64,000 nucleotides of DNA from an uncultured Bacteroidales bacterium (GTDB lineage Bacteria > Bacteroidota > Bacteroidia > Bacteroidales > UBA1402): positions 1,686,808 to 1,750,807 of the forward strand of contig OW818699.1 of assembly GCA_942493385.1 (NCBI GenBank). Reading direction: 5' to 3'. Position numbers and translations under genes: made by a program. Within the stretch, counting starts at the first letter, position 1, and every line of letters starts with the position of its first letter. The notes below the pieces were generated by a model. It was not told where the DNA came from and made no database searches. It saw only the letters and a list, made by a program, of their open reading frames with translations. Shown here one piece after another: positions 1 through 8,767 of this stretch.

Positions 1-2171
1 GGGATGGTTTTGTATGGGTGAATGCCGGTGAAATCGGTAAAGAGGTGGATATGTTCAATACGAAGATTTTTGATATACGCACCAACAAAATACGTATCTA
101 TATGGCAGGTACTGTTGCCACCGGTATTTTTGAATGGAAAGCCACCGGAGTTGAAAGTGGACCATGTACTCCAAGTGTGTTGACACCGTATATCAAAGTT
201 GGCAACAAGGAAGTACTTCAAGCCAATGCTGGCTCCGTGATGCTTGGCGATTCTGTGATTTTCGATCCACAGGTAGCTGGTAATGGTACATGGGGATGGT
301 CTGGTCCAAATAATTTGTTGGTTTACAATCGAAAACTAACGCTCAGAAACCTACAACCGGCTCAAGCCGGCACCTATACGGCCAGTTACATCAATGATTG
401 CGGTTCCGTTTCAAAACAGTATTACTACTTGACCGTGGACAGTATCGGCGATCCCGGCGATCCAATGGTATGGCCCAGCTACAATCCTACCCTCAAATAC
501 AATTTCAAGGATGAATTCCCGGCATTGGCAATGCCTACCAGAGACAATGTCGATGCTACTCCTGTAGCCGGAACCATTTCTTCCGGTTGGTGGACTTTCA
601 AATGGGGTCCCAAAGCCAAATCGCTCATTGATAGTGCTTGTGTCATTCCCATGCTAGCTCGTTTGAACCAGGATTTTGCCTATTTCCGCGATTCCCTTGG
701 CTGGCCACCGGATAAACGTGTCAAGAATGGATACCGCAGTGCGGTTTATCTTTATGGTTCTGGAATGAATACGGACAACAAAGACAGTACGGCTTTGGGT
801 GGTTGGCAGGGTTCCATCGGCGGCTATCCAATGATCATTGCTTCGTACTATCCCATTTACAGCTTCAGCCCTAAATGCACCTATAACGACAAACTCGCAC
901 AGCAGGGCGCCATGGTACATGAAGGCATCCATTCCGTACTAGCCGACCTTCCTGGTTGCAAGAACGCTGCTTGGTTCCACGAAGGTGGAAACACCTGGTT
1001 GCAGCAAGAAATGGAATCCAGAAAATCCAACAATTACAGCAGCATGGGTTTTTTAAATGCTGCCTCCTTTATCGCCCCATTCATGCCCATCGAATGTTAC
1101 ACCGGCTGGCTTCAAGACGATTCTTTCGGTGGCCCGGCTGCCGAAGGCGTCAATATGAACAACGCTGCTGGTGCACAACTTTGCACCTGGCGTAATCTGC
1201 TTGGTGGTGTACAGTACAGCAATATTTTCCCCACCTTCCTAGGCATGACCTTGGGTTCGGGAAGTATTGCTTGGATTTGGAGAAACTGTCCCACCAGAGT
1301 CTTGGAAGGTGTGTCTGCCAAATTAGGTGACCGTGCCATGCGCAGGCTTATTACCGAATACCGTGCCAAACAAGCCACGCTGGACATGGGCAAATGGACC
1401 AATGCCACCAAAGCTTTGCTGAACAATAATTTCGGTGGAACCATTCAAGCCGAATGGCAGCCTTCTTGGAAAGCACCAGCCGCATGGTATGCTTCCCCAT
1501 ATGTCCGTACCACCACGAGTCCAACCGGTTTGATCACACCCGAATACAGAACCACCCCCGGATGGTCCGGTGCCAATCAGATTCCGCTTGCTGTGACCGG
1601 TAACGAAGTGATCATCAATTTCCAGCCTTTGTCTCCCAACATGACCTGTCAGCTATGTTACCGCACTCGTGCCGGCGCCATTGTCTATAGCAAGGTTGTG
1701 AATGGTGGAGATTGTACATTGAAGTTGAACTCAGTACCTGCAAACAACGTTGTCTTTGCAGTCATCTGCAACACCGATTATATTTACGAAGGCGACACCA
1801 CCCGTAAGAAGCATTTTGATTACCGTCTGCAGAAGGTCAAAGGGGTTACCACTGTAGCCCAATACACAGCCAGATGGTACGATTGGACTCAAACAATTGC
1901 TGTTGATGTGGCAACTCCCAAGGCTGCAGTTTCACCTATGACATTCAAGAACCCGATCCAACAAGGTGAAGATTTGAATTTGGTGTTTGAACAGCCATTA
2001 ACGGCACCCACCGAAATCATCATCCGAAACTTATACGGTCAGGTCGTCTTTAAGAAGTTGGTAGAAGGCACAACAACACTTCAAACCAACAGATACCTTC
2101 AATCTGGCATCTACTTGGTTTCTTCAAGAAGCTCAGGCAAGGAGCTAGTACAAAAACTACTAGTCAAATAA
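1..2171 (+). CDS. Secreted gluzincin-like (HExxH...E) protein with T9SS C-terminal sorting domain, 5'-partial
   Basis: The frame is open from the window edge (codons DGFVW precede the GTG at 18). No signal peptide follows any internal start, so the 5' end is probably upstream of the window. HEGIH at 918-932 and WFHEGG at 972-989 (Glu 16 aa after the second His) match the M1/peptidase-MA zinc-site layout. The C-terminus (...GIYLVSSRSSGKELVQKLLVK) resembles a type IX secretion sorting domain. Confidence 0.6.
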   Translation, partial: DGFVWVNAGEIGKEVDMFNTKIFDIRTNKIRIYMAGTVATGIFEWKATGVESGPCTPSVLTPYIKVGNKEVLQANAGSVMLGDSVIFDPQVAGNGTWGWSGPNNLLVYNRKLTLRNLQPAQAGTYTASYINDCGSVSKQYYYLTVDSIGDPGDPMVWPSYNPTLKYNFKDEFPALAMPTRDNVDATPVAGTISSGWWTFKWGPKAKSLIDSACVIPMLARLNQDFAYFRDSLGWPPDKRVKNGYRSAVYLYGSGMNTDNKDSTALGGWQGSIGGYPMIIASYYPIYSFSPKCTYNDKLAQQGAMVHEGIHSVLADLPGCKNAAWFHEGGNTWLQQEMESRKSNNYSSMGFLNAASFIAPFMPIECYTGWLQDDSFGGPAAEGVNMNNAAGAQLCTWRNLLGGVQYSNIFPTFLGMTLGSGSIAWIWRNCPTRVLEGVSAKLGDRAMRRLITEYRAKQATLDMGKWTNATKALLNNNFGGTIQAEWQPSWKAPAAWYASPYVRTTTSPTGLITPEYRTTPGWSGANQIPLAVTGNEVIINFQPLSPNMTCQLCYRTRAGAIVYSKVVNGGDCTLKLNSVPANNVVFAVICNTDYIYEGDTTRKKHFDYRLQKVKGVTTVAQYTARWYDWTQTIAVDVATPKAAVSPMTFKNPIQQGEDLNLVFEQPLTAPTEIIIRNLYGQVVFKKLVEGTTTLQTNRYLQSGIYLVSSRSSGKELVQKLLVK

Positions 2172-2175
2172 AGGA

Positions 2176-2209
2176 AAGCCCGGGCTGAAAAGTCCGGGCT
2201 TGCTTTTTT
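2176..2209. terminator. Bidirectional intrinsic terminator between convergent genes
   Basis: AAGCCCGG (2176-2183) and CCGGGCTT (2194-2201) form a perfect 8-bp stem with a 10-nt loop. It is followed by GCTTTTTT and preceded by an A-rich run. Confidence 0.6.
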
Positions 2210-2218
2210 AAGAGCGTT

Positions 2219-4300
2219 TTAACGCGACTTTGGTGTAAAGATAGTGGCAGGTTTCGGAGCCTTCATTCCAGTTCCTAGGTAGAAGCTCGGATACGGTGGT
2301 TGGTTGTAAGCCGTGTTTTGCCAGGAAATGGCGCAGCGGTACTGAGCATCATGCATCAACGTCACTAGGCGGAGATCCGTTGGAATGGTGGTGCTGAAAA
2401 TTCGCAATTCCTTGTTGTCCAGTGTACGGAGCATCACTTCTTCCCGCCAGTCACCGAATAAGTCGGCACTCAGGTTTGGCGTAGCCTTGGTTCCGTTGAT
2501 GGACATGCAGCTGTCTGCTTTGAACAATACCTCATCTTGACCTAATTCCCAGTTCCATTTGAAAATGGTGTTTTTGTCTAGTAATTCACGGTCCGGTGTT
2601 CCGTCCCACCAGATGCCAAAATTGCAAGAGCGGGGTTTCTTATCGGAAATCTTCACACCTTTTGAGGAATACAATCCATCGGTAGCCACACTCCAGCTTT
2701 CGTAACCCAAGTATCGAGGATCGATGTCGGCAGTCATGCCACGACCTGTGTCACCAGTACCGGGAAGACCCCAAAGAAGTTTGCCTGTTGCTGCGTCGCG
2801 CATGTGAGCTGCAGAATACCGACCACTTTTTTCATGTACCTGAAACACTTCCATACCTAGTCGTTCAGGATCCAAATCCGAGAAGTGACCTGCATCACCA
2901 TGGCCGTCGCCAGTGCTGTAAAGGCCCTTTCCGTCGTTGTCTATGACTGCAGAACCGTAAACAATTTCATCAAAACCATCATTGTCCACATCACCGACAC
3001 TTAGGTTGTGGTTGCCTTGGCCTGAAAAGGCCTTATTTCCCGGTTTTCCGTCGTAGCTGTCGAAAAACCAGCGTAAACTAAGTTTCCCGTCTTTCCATTC
3101 CCAAGCGGCAAGTGTCGCGCGGGTATAATAACCACGGCACATCACAGCCGACGGATGAACTCCGTCCAAATAGGCAACGGCAGCCAAATAACGGTCCATT
3201 CGGTTGCCACGATTGTCACCCCAAAGACCGGAATCGCCTCGAGCAGGCAAATAATCTACGGTGGAAAGCGCCTTTCCGGTGCTACCTTCAAAAACCGTCA
3301 AGTATTCAGGTCCGCTCATCACCATGCCAGCCAGAGGATTTTCACCTGTACCGCCACCAGGGCGTTGACCACCAAATCGTTGGCCACGGTCACGAAATCG
3401 TTGCCGAATGCTGTCCAAAGGCAAGTCAATCAGTGCGGTATCACCAGTAATGCGGAGTTGCGTCAGAGTCCAGGCACGTCGCAATGAATCAGCCCTTGGC
3501 CCGGTTGCATTCAAATCGGGCATTCGATTTCCACCTGCACCCATGCCTTTGAACGGATCCATGATGCCATCCTTCGTTTTGATGCGCCAGTCGGCCTTTG
3601 GATCTCCGATGTACTTTCCAATACCGTCTTTAGTACCGTCAGCTGTCTTGCAGATCATTTCAGCCTTTCCGTCACCGTCAAAGTCATAGACCAAAAATTG
3701 GGTATAGTGAGCACCTTCACGAATGTTGGTTCCCAGATTTATTTCCCACAACATCGTTCCATCAAGCTTATAAGCCTGAAATATTGGAGCGCTGGTAACA
3801 CCCCCTTGACTGTTGTCCCTTCCGGCACCAGTCATGTGCACCACGATTTCATATTCACCGTCACCGTCCAAATCGCCCGTCGAGCAGTCGCCTGCCGTAT
3901 AACGTTCGGGTGTGTTGAGCGGAATGGATAGGTATTGTTTTGGGGAATCCGGCTTTAAGGTGTAATTTCCTTCCGGAGCCCCTTCCGAACGCTTTAATAC
4001 AGGCTTTACAAAATAAGAGACGGTGGATTTTCCATCGGAAGCATCCGTAAAGTTCGTAACCAACAGCGGTTGTTCGTTGAGTTTGACAGCAGGCTTTCCA
4101 TCCGAACTGCGATACAGGTTGAAGGCAGTTCCCTCCACATCCGTACCCAATAACCTCCAACTTATGAATACGCTGTTTTCACTGGTTCTGAAGGCGACAA
4201 GGCCACGGTTCAGTGCTTCCATCTGTCTGGAATTGGCTGCAAATGAGGTGGTTGCTAGAAGTAAAGCAACCAAGGAAAATAGTAATTTACTTTTGAACAT
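2219..4300 (-). CDS. Rhamnogalacturonan lyase, PL11-like (FG-GAP beta-propeller)
   Basis: 693-aa ORF with a signal peptide (LLATTSFA). Repeated Ca-binding FG-GAP loops (GDLDGDGEYEIVV, DFDGDGKAEMI, GDVDNDGFDEIV) are as I recall them for YesW/YesX-type PL11 lyases. Family assigned from memory. Confidence 0.7.
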   Translation of the reverse strand: MFKSKLLFSLVALLLATTSFAANSRQMEALNRGLVAFRTSENSVFISWRLLGTDVEGTAFNLYRSSDGKPAVKLNEQPLLVTNFTDASDGKSTVSYFVKPVLKRSEGAPEGNYTLKPDSPKQYLSIPLNTPERYTAGDCSTGDLDGDGEYEIVVHMTGAGRDNSQGGVTSAPIFQAYKLDGTMLWEINLGTNIREGAHYTQFLVYDFDGDGKAEMICKTADGTKDGIGKYIGDPKADWRIKTKDGIMDPFKGMGAGGNRMPDLNATGPRADSLRRAWTLTQLRITGDTALIDLPLDSIRQRFRDRGQRFGGQRPGGGTGENPLAGMVMSGPEYLTVFEGSTGKALSTVDYLPARGDSGLWGDNRGNRMDRYLAAVAYLDGVHPSAVMCRGYYTRATLAAWEWKDGKLSLRWFFDSYDGKPGNKAFSGQGNHNLSVGDVDNDGFDEIVYGSAVIDNDGKGLYSTGDGHGDAGHFSDLDPERLGMEVFQVHEKSGRYSAAHMRDAATGKLLWGLPGTGDTGRGMTADIDPRYLGYESWSVATDGLYSSKGVKISDKKPRSCNFGIWWDGTPDRELLDKNTIFKWNWELGQDEVLFKADSCMSINGTKATPNLSADLFGDWREEVMLRTLDNKELRIFSTTIPTDLRLVTLMHDAQYRCAISWQNTAYNQPPYPSFYLGTGMKAPKPATIFTPKSR

Positions 4301-4371
4301 GTTGGTATGGTATCAGGTATAAAGTACAATAACCCTTAGACCTACAGCGATCAAATAGGTTTAAAAGTTGT

Positions 4372-6315
4372 CTATTTGTTGAATAAGCCCGAAAATCCCA
4401 CCTTGTCGGTTCCGAAATAAAATCCGGGATGAGGCGGCTGATTGTACCCAGCATTTTCTGTCGCTACGCCGATGCGGTAAATGGGATCCTGCATGAACGT
4501 GGTGATGCCGTGCTCCGTCGTTTTGTCGGTCATATAGATTCGGATTTCGCGTCCATCCTCGGTAGGCCATATGACTTCTTCACGCCAGTCTCCAAAAATA
4601 TCAGCCGACAAGCAGGGCGTAGCCTTGGTTCCATTGCACCAGCTGATACCTTTTCCTTTGCCGTTAAAAAGAAGGCTCGTGCCGTTGCCAGTCCATTTGT
4701 AGATGTAAATTTTATCCAGCAATTCACGGGTCAGGTCGCCGTCCCACCAGATAGCCATGTTATAAGGGGGAGTGACTTTGGACAGAAGTTTGCCTTTGGC
4801 GGAATAAAGTCCGTTGGTGCCTGAAGACCAAATTTCAAGCCCACGGCTTTCTGGATCGATGTCTGCACAAAGAGCACGACCAACGTCTTGTGTAGAGGGG
4901 TAACCCCAAATCAACTTGCCAGTTGCGGCATTTCGAAGGGATGAACCATTGGGACTGGGTGCATATTCGTGGCATTGCCAGACTTCGAGCCCAGGTTTGT
5001 CAGGATCGATATCCGTCAGGTGCATGGCATCGCCATGGCCCCAACCGGTGCTGTACAATCCAGTTCCGTCATCGTCTATGGCGCACGCCCCGTAAATGAT
5101 TTCATCCTTTCCGTCGTGATCTACGTCCCCGATACGAATGTTGTGGTTGCCCTGATTGGAATAAGCGATGTATTTTTGGTTGTTGGCGTGGGTGTCGAAT
5201 GTCCAGATCTTGGTCATTTTTCCGTTTCTGAAATTCCAGGCTTGTACCACGGACTTGCCGTTGTACCCTCTGCCTACAATGTACGAGGGGCGTTTTCCAT
5301 CCAAATAGGCTACGGCAGAAAGCTGCCTGTCCATGCGGTTTCCGTAATCGTCACCCCATTCAATCATATTGCCTCGGGGTATATAATCTACCCGGTCGAG
5401 TTCCTTGCCGGTAGTACCTTCTATCACAGAAATGAATTCGGGACCACTCAGGATTTTTCCATACGTACGGAGGCTGGCATCCTTGATGACATAGTCAACC
5501 ACACCGTCCATATTGAAATCGCCAATTTTCTTACCGTCGCCGAAAATGGTGCCCTCCGATGTTTTGCAGATCACTTCAGCCTTGCCATCTCCGTCGAAAT
5601 CAAAGACCATGAACGAAAAATACTGGGCGCCTTCACGGACGTTCTTACCAATGTCTATTTGCCAGAGCCTTTTTCCATCCAATTTATAAGCTTCCAAATG
5701 GTTCGTTCCTCCTGAAATTCCAGCTTGTGAACAGGCAAAATTTCCGATTTGGCGTTTTACAATAATTTCATATTCTCCGTCACCGTCCAAATCGCCCACG
5801 GAAGCATCGTTCGGCATGTATGCTCGGGTGGTATCCCAATCGATGGGTGGCAGCTTGATGGAAAGGTAGGGTACCGTTGCCCGTTCTGGCGTGAGCATGT
5901 AGGACACCGCTTTTTTTCGAGATTTGCTCTCCACCAGGATGTATTCCTGAGTGATGGTCGTGTCTACGGACTTGTCGACAAAATAGGTGGCTGTTTTCAA
6001 AGGCTTGTCGTTCAAACGAACTTCCTTTAATTTGGTCACACCTGGGACATGACTTTTACGATACAGGTCGAAACTCACTTTCTTTGAGTCTTCCACCAAT
6101 TTGCGCCAACTCACTGCCACATAACCTTTTCCCTGATGAATGGCAACCAATCCTCGACCCAATTTCTCGAGTTGAAGATTGTTGTAGTTCGGACCGATAG
6201 GGGCTTCGGCAGTGCTCTTCTCTTTTGCCTTTTTTTTGCTACTAGCCGACGGGCAAGTTAGTGAAAAAGCAATAATCCATAAAAATAGGAGTGTTTTGTT
6301 CATAACGATACACAT
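4372..6315 (-). CDS. Rhamnogalacturonan lyase, PL11-like (paralogue)
   Basis: 647-aa ORF with the same loop set (GDLDGDGEYEIIV, DFDGDGKAEVI, GDVDHDGKDEII) and collinear with the neighbouring gene. The true start may be the ATG at 6303 (MNKTLLFLWIIAF...). Confidence 0.7.
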   Translation of the reverse strand: MCIVMNKTLLFLWIIAFSLTCPSASSKKKAKEKSTAEAPIGPNYNNLQLEKLGRGLVAIHQGKGYVAVSWRKLVEDSKKVSFDLYRKSHVPGVTKLKEVRLNDKPLKTATYFVDKSVDTTITQEYILVESKSRKKAVSYMLTPERATVPYLSIKLPPIDWDTTRAYMPNDASVGDLDGDGEYEIIVKRQIGNFACSQAGISGGTNHLEAYKLDGKRLWQIDIGKNVREGAQYFSFMVFDFDGDGKAEVICKTSEGTIFGDGKKIGDFNMDGVVDYVIKDASLRTYGKILSGPEFISVIEGTTGKELDRVDYIPRGNMIEWGDDYGNRMDRQLSAVAYLDGKRPSYIVGRGYNGKSVVQAWNFRNGKMTKIWTFDTHANNQKYIAYSNQGNHNIRIGDVDHDGKDEIIYGACAIDDDGTGLYSTGWGHGDAMHLTDIDPDKPGLEVWQCHEYAPSPNGSSLRNAATGKLIWGYPSTQDVGRALCADIDPESRGLEIWSSGTNGLYSAKGKLLSKVTPPYNMAIWWDGDLTRELLDKIYIYKWTGNGTSLLFNGKGKGISWCNGTKATPCLSADIFGDWREEVIWPTEDGREIRIYMTDKTTEHGITTFMQDPIYRIGVATENAGYNQPPHPGFYFGTDKVGFSGLFNK

Positions 6316-6329
6316 TGGAGAATGAACTT

Positions 6330-6337
6330 CAAAGATA
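6330..6337 (-). promoter_or_regulatory. Bacteroidota -7 box (TATCTTTG) for the PL11 gene at 4372-6315
   Basis: The minus-strand sequence TATCTTTG matches the TAnnTTTG consensus. It lies 15-27 nt upstream of the candidate start codons. Confidence 0.35.
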
Positions 6338-6343
6338 GAAAAT

Positions 6344-6368
6344 CAACCATACTTAATAGGTATGGTTG
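6344..6368. promoter_or_regulatory. 9-bp perfect inverted repeat with 7-nt spacer (CAACCATAC-N7-GTATGGTTG)
   Basis: Read directly from the sequence. It sits where the -33 element of the PL11 promoter would be, in a divergent intergenic region. Confidence 0.3.
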
Positions 6369-6442
6369 GTGTAAAATTCATTATTTATCGTGATTTCAGT
6401 TTCAGCTAAGATAAACTACATTTGTATTCTAAAAACAAAACC

Positions 6443-6637
6443 ATGTTACAAACTATTGTCGCCGCAATAATCGTATTGATCGCTTTCATTTTTGTTTTGT
6501 TACCCTTGTTCACAAAGAAGAAACCGGACAATTCCTGCAATACCTGTTCATCAGGCGGTTGTGGCGGTTGCCCAATTTCGGAGGTAGCCCGAAACAAAGA
6601 TGCCGTTAACGATGGTTCAAAACCCGCCAAATCATAA
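6443..6637 (+). CDS. FeoB-associated Cys-rich small membrane protein-like
   Basis: One N-terminal TM helix (LQTIVAAIIVLIAFIFVLLPLF), then a KKK stretch and a Cys cluster (CNTCSSGGCGGC). The start is taken at the internal ATG; the ORF track starts at 6422. Confidence 0.5.
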   Translation: MLQTIVAAIIVLIAFIFVLLPLFTKKKPDNSCNTCSSGGCGGCPISEVARNKDAVNDGSKPAKS

Positions 6638-6687
6638 AAACCATTAATTATTCTGGTGTTTTTCACAAATACTAAAAGATTATCTTT

Positions 6688-6695
6688 TACATTTG
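6688..6695 (+). promoter_or_regulatory. -7 box TACATTTG upstream of the M13 peptidase gene
   Basis: Matches TAnnTTTG, 38 nt upstream of the ATG at 6733. Confidence 0.3.
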
Positions 6696-6732
6696 AATAA
6701 TTATACGTTACATACAACTACTTAAGTAAATT

Positions 6733-8757
6733 ATGCAAAAACGAATCGGACTTCTATTATTGACATCCTTCACACTAGTTTTCTCAGTTTTGGATGCAGG
6801 CATCGCTTCCGCCCAAGATCTGAATCTCTCCAACCTCGACCACACCGTTAAACCAGGAACCGATTTCTATCGTTTCGCTACGGGTGGTTGGTGCCTAGCA
6901 AATCCCATTCCGGACGAATTCGCCCGTTTTGGTTCCTTTGACAAATTGCGGGACGAAAACCAACGACAAATCCGTGAGCTCATACTTGAATTGGGCGCCA
7001 CCCGACACGAAAAAGGTACTTCAGCCCAAAAAATCGGGGACCTATTCCGCATCGGCAACGACAGCGTCAAACTTAACACTGAGGGTGCAAAGCCCTTGCA
7101 GGAGGGGCTCAAAGCGCTGCAATCATTGAAATCCCGTGAGGAAATCATCAAGGTGGCTGCCACCATGCGAAAGGACGGCCCCAATCCTTTCTTCGACATC
7201 TACATCGGTCCTGACGACAAGAACAGCAATGCCTATCTGCTCCAGTTCAGCCAAGGCGGACTTGGAATGGACGACCGCGATTACTATTTGGATGCTTCGT
7301 CCAAAGCACTGCGTGATGGATATCAGAAACTCATTCAGACCCAATTCGTAAACGCCGGTTATACGCCAGCCGTTGCCAAAAAAGCCGTTTCAGCCGTTAT
7401 GAAGATTGAAACGGCACTGGCCACATCGCATTTCACCAAAGAAAATTCTCGCATTCCCGAATTGAACTACCATAAATACTTGGTCGGCCAACTTAACGAT
7501 TCCGTCGCTGCTTTTCCCTGGAAAGTCTTTTTGGGAAGCCTAGGCGGTGCGGCTGAAACCTCCGTCAACGTCTGTCAAGTGGCACCCATGGTCACTGCTG
7601 TCAAACTCCTGCAAACCGTTCCGGTGGCTGAACTCAAACTCTACCTCCAATGGTGCCTCATCAACGAAGCGGCGTCTTATTTGAGCGACAACTTCGTGAA
7701 CGCCAACTTCGATTTCTACGGACGCCAAATGACTGGTTCCAAAGTCCTTCGTCCACGATGGAAACGTGTTCTGAGCAACATCGACAATTCTTTGGGCGAA
7801 GAGGTTGGCAAGCTGTACACCGCCAAATATTTCCCTGCAAAGGCTAAGGAACGCATGATCAAATTGGTGGACAACCTCAAACTTTCCTTGGGCGAACGCA
7901 TCGCCTCGCTGCCCTGGATGAGTCCGGAGACCAAAGCCAAGGCGCAGGAAAAGTTGAACGCGTTCATTGTAAAAATTGGTTATCCCGACACTTGGAAAGA
8001 TTATTCCTCGCTCGAAATCAAGGACGACAGCTATTGGGCCAACATATGCCGTGCCAACCTTTTTGACTACAACTACAATTTTGCCAAACTCGGCAAGCCC
8101 GTGGACAAGATGGAATGGTACATGACACCGCAGACGGTCAACGCCTATTACAACCCCACAACAAATGAAATCTGCTTCCCGGCTGGCATTCTGCAACCAC
8201 CTTTCTTCTACATGAATGCGGACGATGCGGTGAACTACGGTGCCATCGGCGTGGTCATCGGGCACGAAATGACGCACGGCTTCGACGATCAGGGTTGTAA
8301 ATACGATAAGAACGGGAACATGCTGAACTGGTGGAAACCCGAAGATGCTACCAAGTTTGACGCCCGCACCAAAGTGTTGGCCGATTATTTCAGCAAAATA
8401 GTCGTTTTGGACACGTTGCATGCGAATGGTACGTTCACCTTGGGTGAAAATATTGCCGACCACGGTGGGCTTCAGGTTTCGTACAACGCTTTTCTGAAAA
8501 CAGAACAAGGTAAGGCAGCCATGCTTTTGGGCGGTTTCAGCCCTGCGCAACGTTTCTTCCTATCGTATGCCAACCTTTGGGCCACCAATACCAGGGATGC
8601 CGAAATTGTTCGCTTGACCAAGCAAGACCCGCATTCGCTGGGTAAATGGAGAGTGGACGGCGCCCTGCCGCACATCGCCGCCTGGTACGACGCCTTTGGC
8701 ATCACTCCTGCCGATCCGATGTACCTGCCAGCCGAAAAGCGGGCATCCATCTGGTAA
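6733..8757 (+). CDS. M13 family zinc metallopeptidase (PepO/neprilysin-like)
   Basis: 674 aa with a signal peptide. The zinc site VIGHEMTHGFDD and the downstream GENIADHGG motif are the M13 signature. Confidence 0.85.
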   Translation: MQKRIGLLLLTSFTLVFSVLDAGIASAQDLNLSNLDHTVKPGTDFYRFATGGWCLANPIPDEFARFGSFDKLRDENQRQIRELILELGATRHEKGTSAQKIGDLFRIGNDSVKLNTEGAKPLQEGLKALQSLKSREEIIKVAATMRKDGPNPFFDIYIGPDDKNSNAYLLQFSQGGLGMDDRDYYLDASSKALRDGYQKLIQTQFVNAGYTPAVAKKAVSAVMKIETALATSHFTKENSRIPELNYHKYLVGQLNDSVAAFPWKVFLGSLGGAAETSVNVCQVAPMVTAVKLLQTVPVAELKLYLQWCLINEAASYLSDNFVNANFDFYGRQMTGSKVLRPRWKRVLSNIDNSLGEEVGKLYTAKYFPAKAKERMIKLVDNLKLSLGERIASLPWMSPETKAKAQEKLNAFIVKIGYPDTWKDYSSLEIKDDSYWANICRANLFDYNYNFAKLGKPVDKMEWYMTPQTVNAYYNPTTNEICFPAGILQPPFFYMNADDAVNYGAIGVVIGHEMTHGFDDQGCKYDKNGNMLNWWKPEDATKFDARTKVLADYFSKIVVLDTLHANGTFTLGENIADHGGLQVSYNAFLKTEQGKAAMLLGGFSPAQRFFLSYANLWATNTRDAEIVRLTKQDPHSLGKWRVDGALPHIAAWYDAFGITPADPMYLPAEKRASIW

Positions 8758-8767
8758 ATTCACTACC

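Noticed and set aside
6406-6717. 103-aa minus-strand ORF overlapping the small Cys-rich gene.
   Set aside because: The plus-strand reading gives a coherent TM helix plus Cys cluster that matches a known mini-protein type. The minus-strand product has no features.
7540-8550. 336-aa minus-strand ORF inside the M13 peptidase gene. Similar long antisense ORFs occur at 4969-5715, 16892-17899, 20268-20837, 30603-31508, 35634-36263, 42711-43652 and 43977-44831.
   Set aside because: Each lies entirely antisense to a gene with clear family motifs. Their translations are low-complexity (rich in V/G/H/F/R) with no recognisable domain, signal or promoter. They are typical shadow ORFs.
8696-8767. Upstream-extended starts offered by the ORF track: 8696 for the pullulanase-like gene, 13728 for the kinase, 18046 for BCCP, 31207 for DapA-like, 49822 for the CTD protein and 62453 for Fe-ADH.
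   Set aside because: The extensions overlap the preceding gene or run through promoter sequence and encode basic, low-complexity peptides. In each case an internal ATG is followed directly by a signal peptide or the conserved N-terminus.
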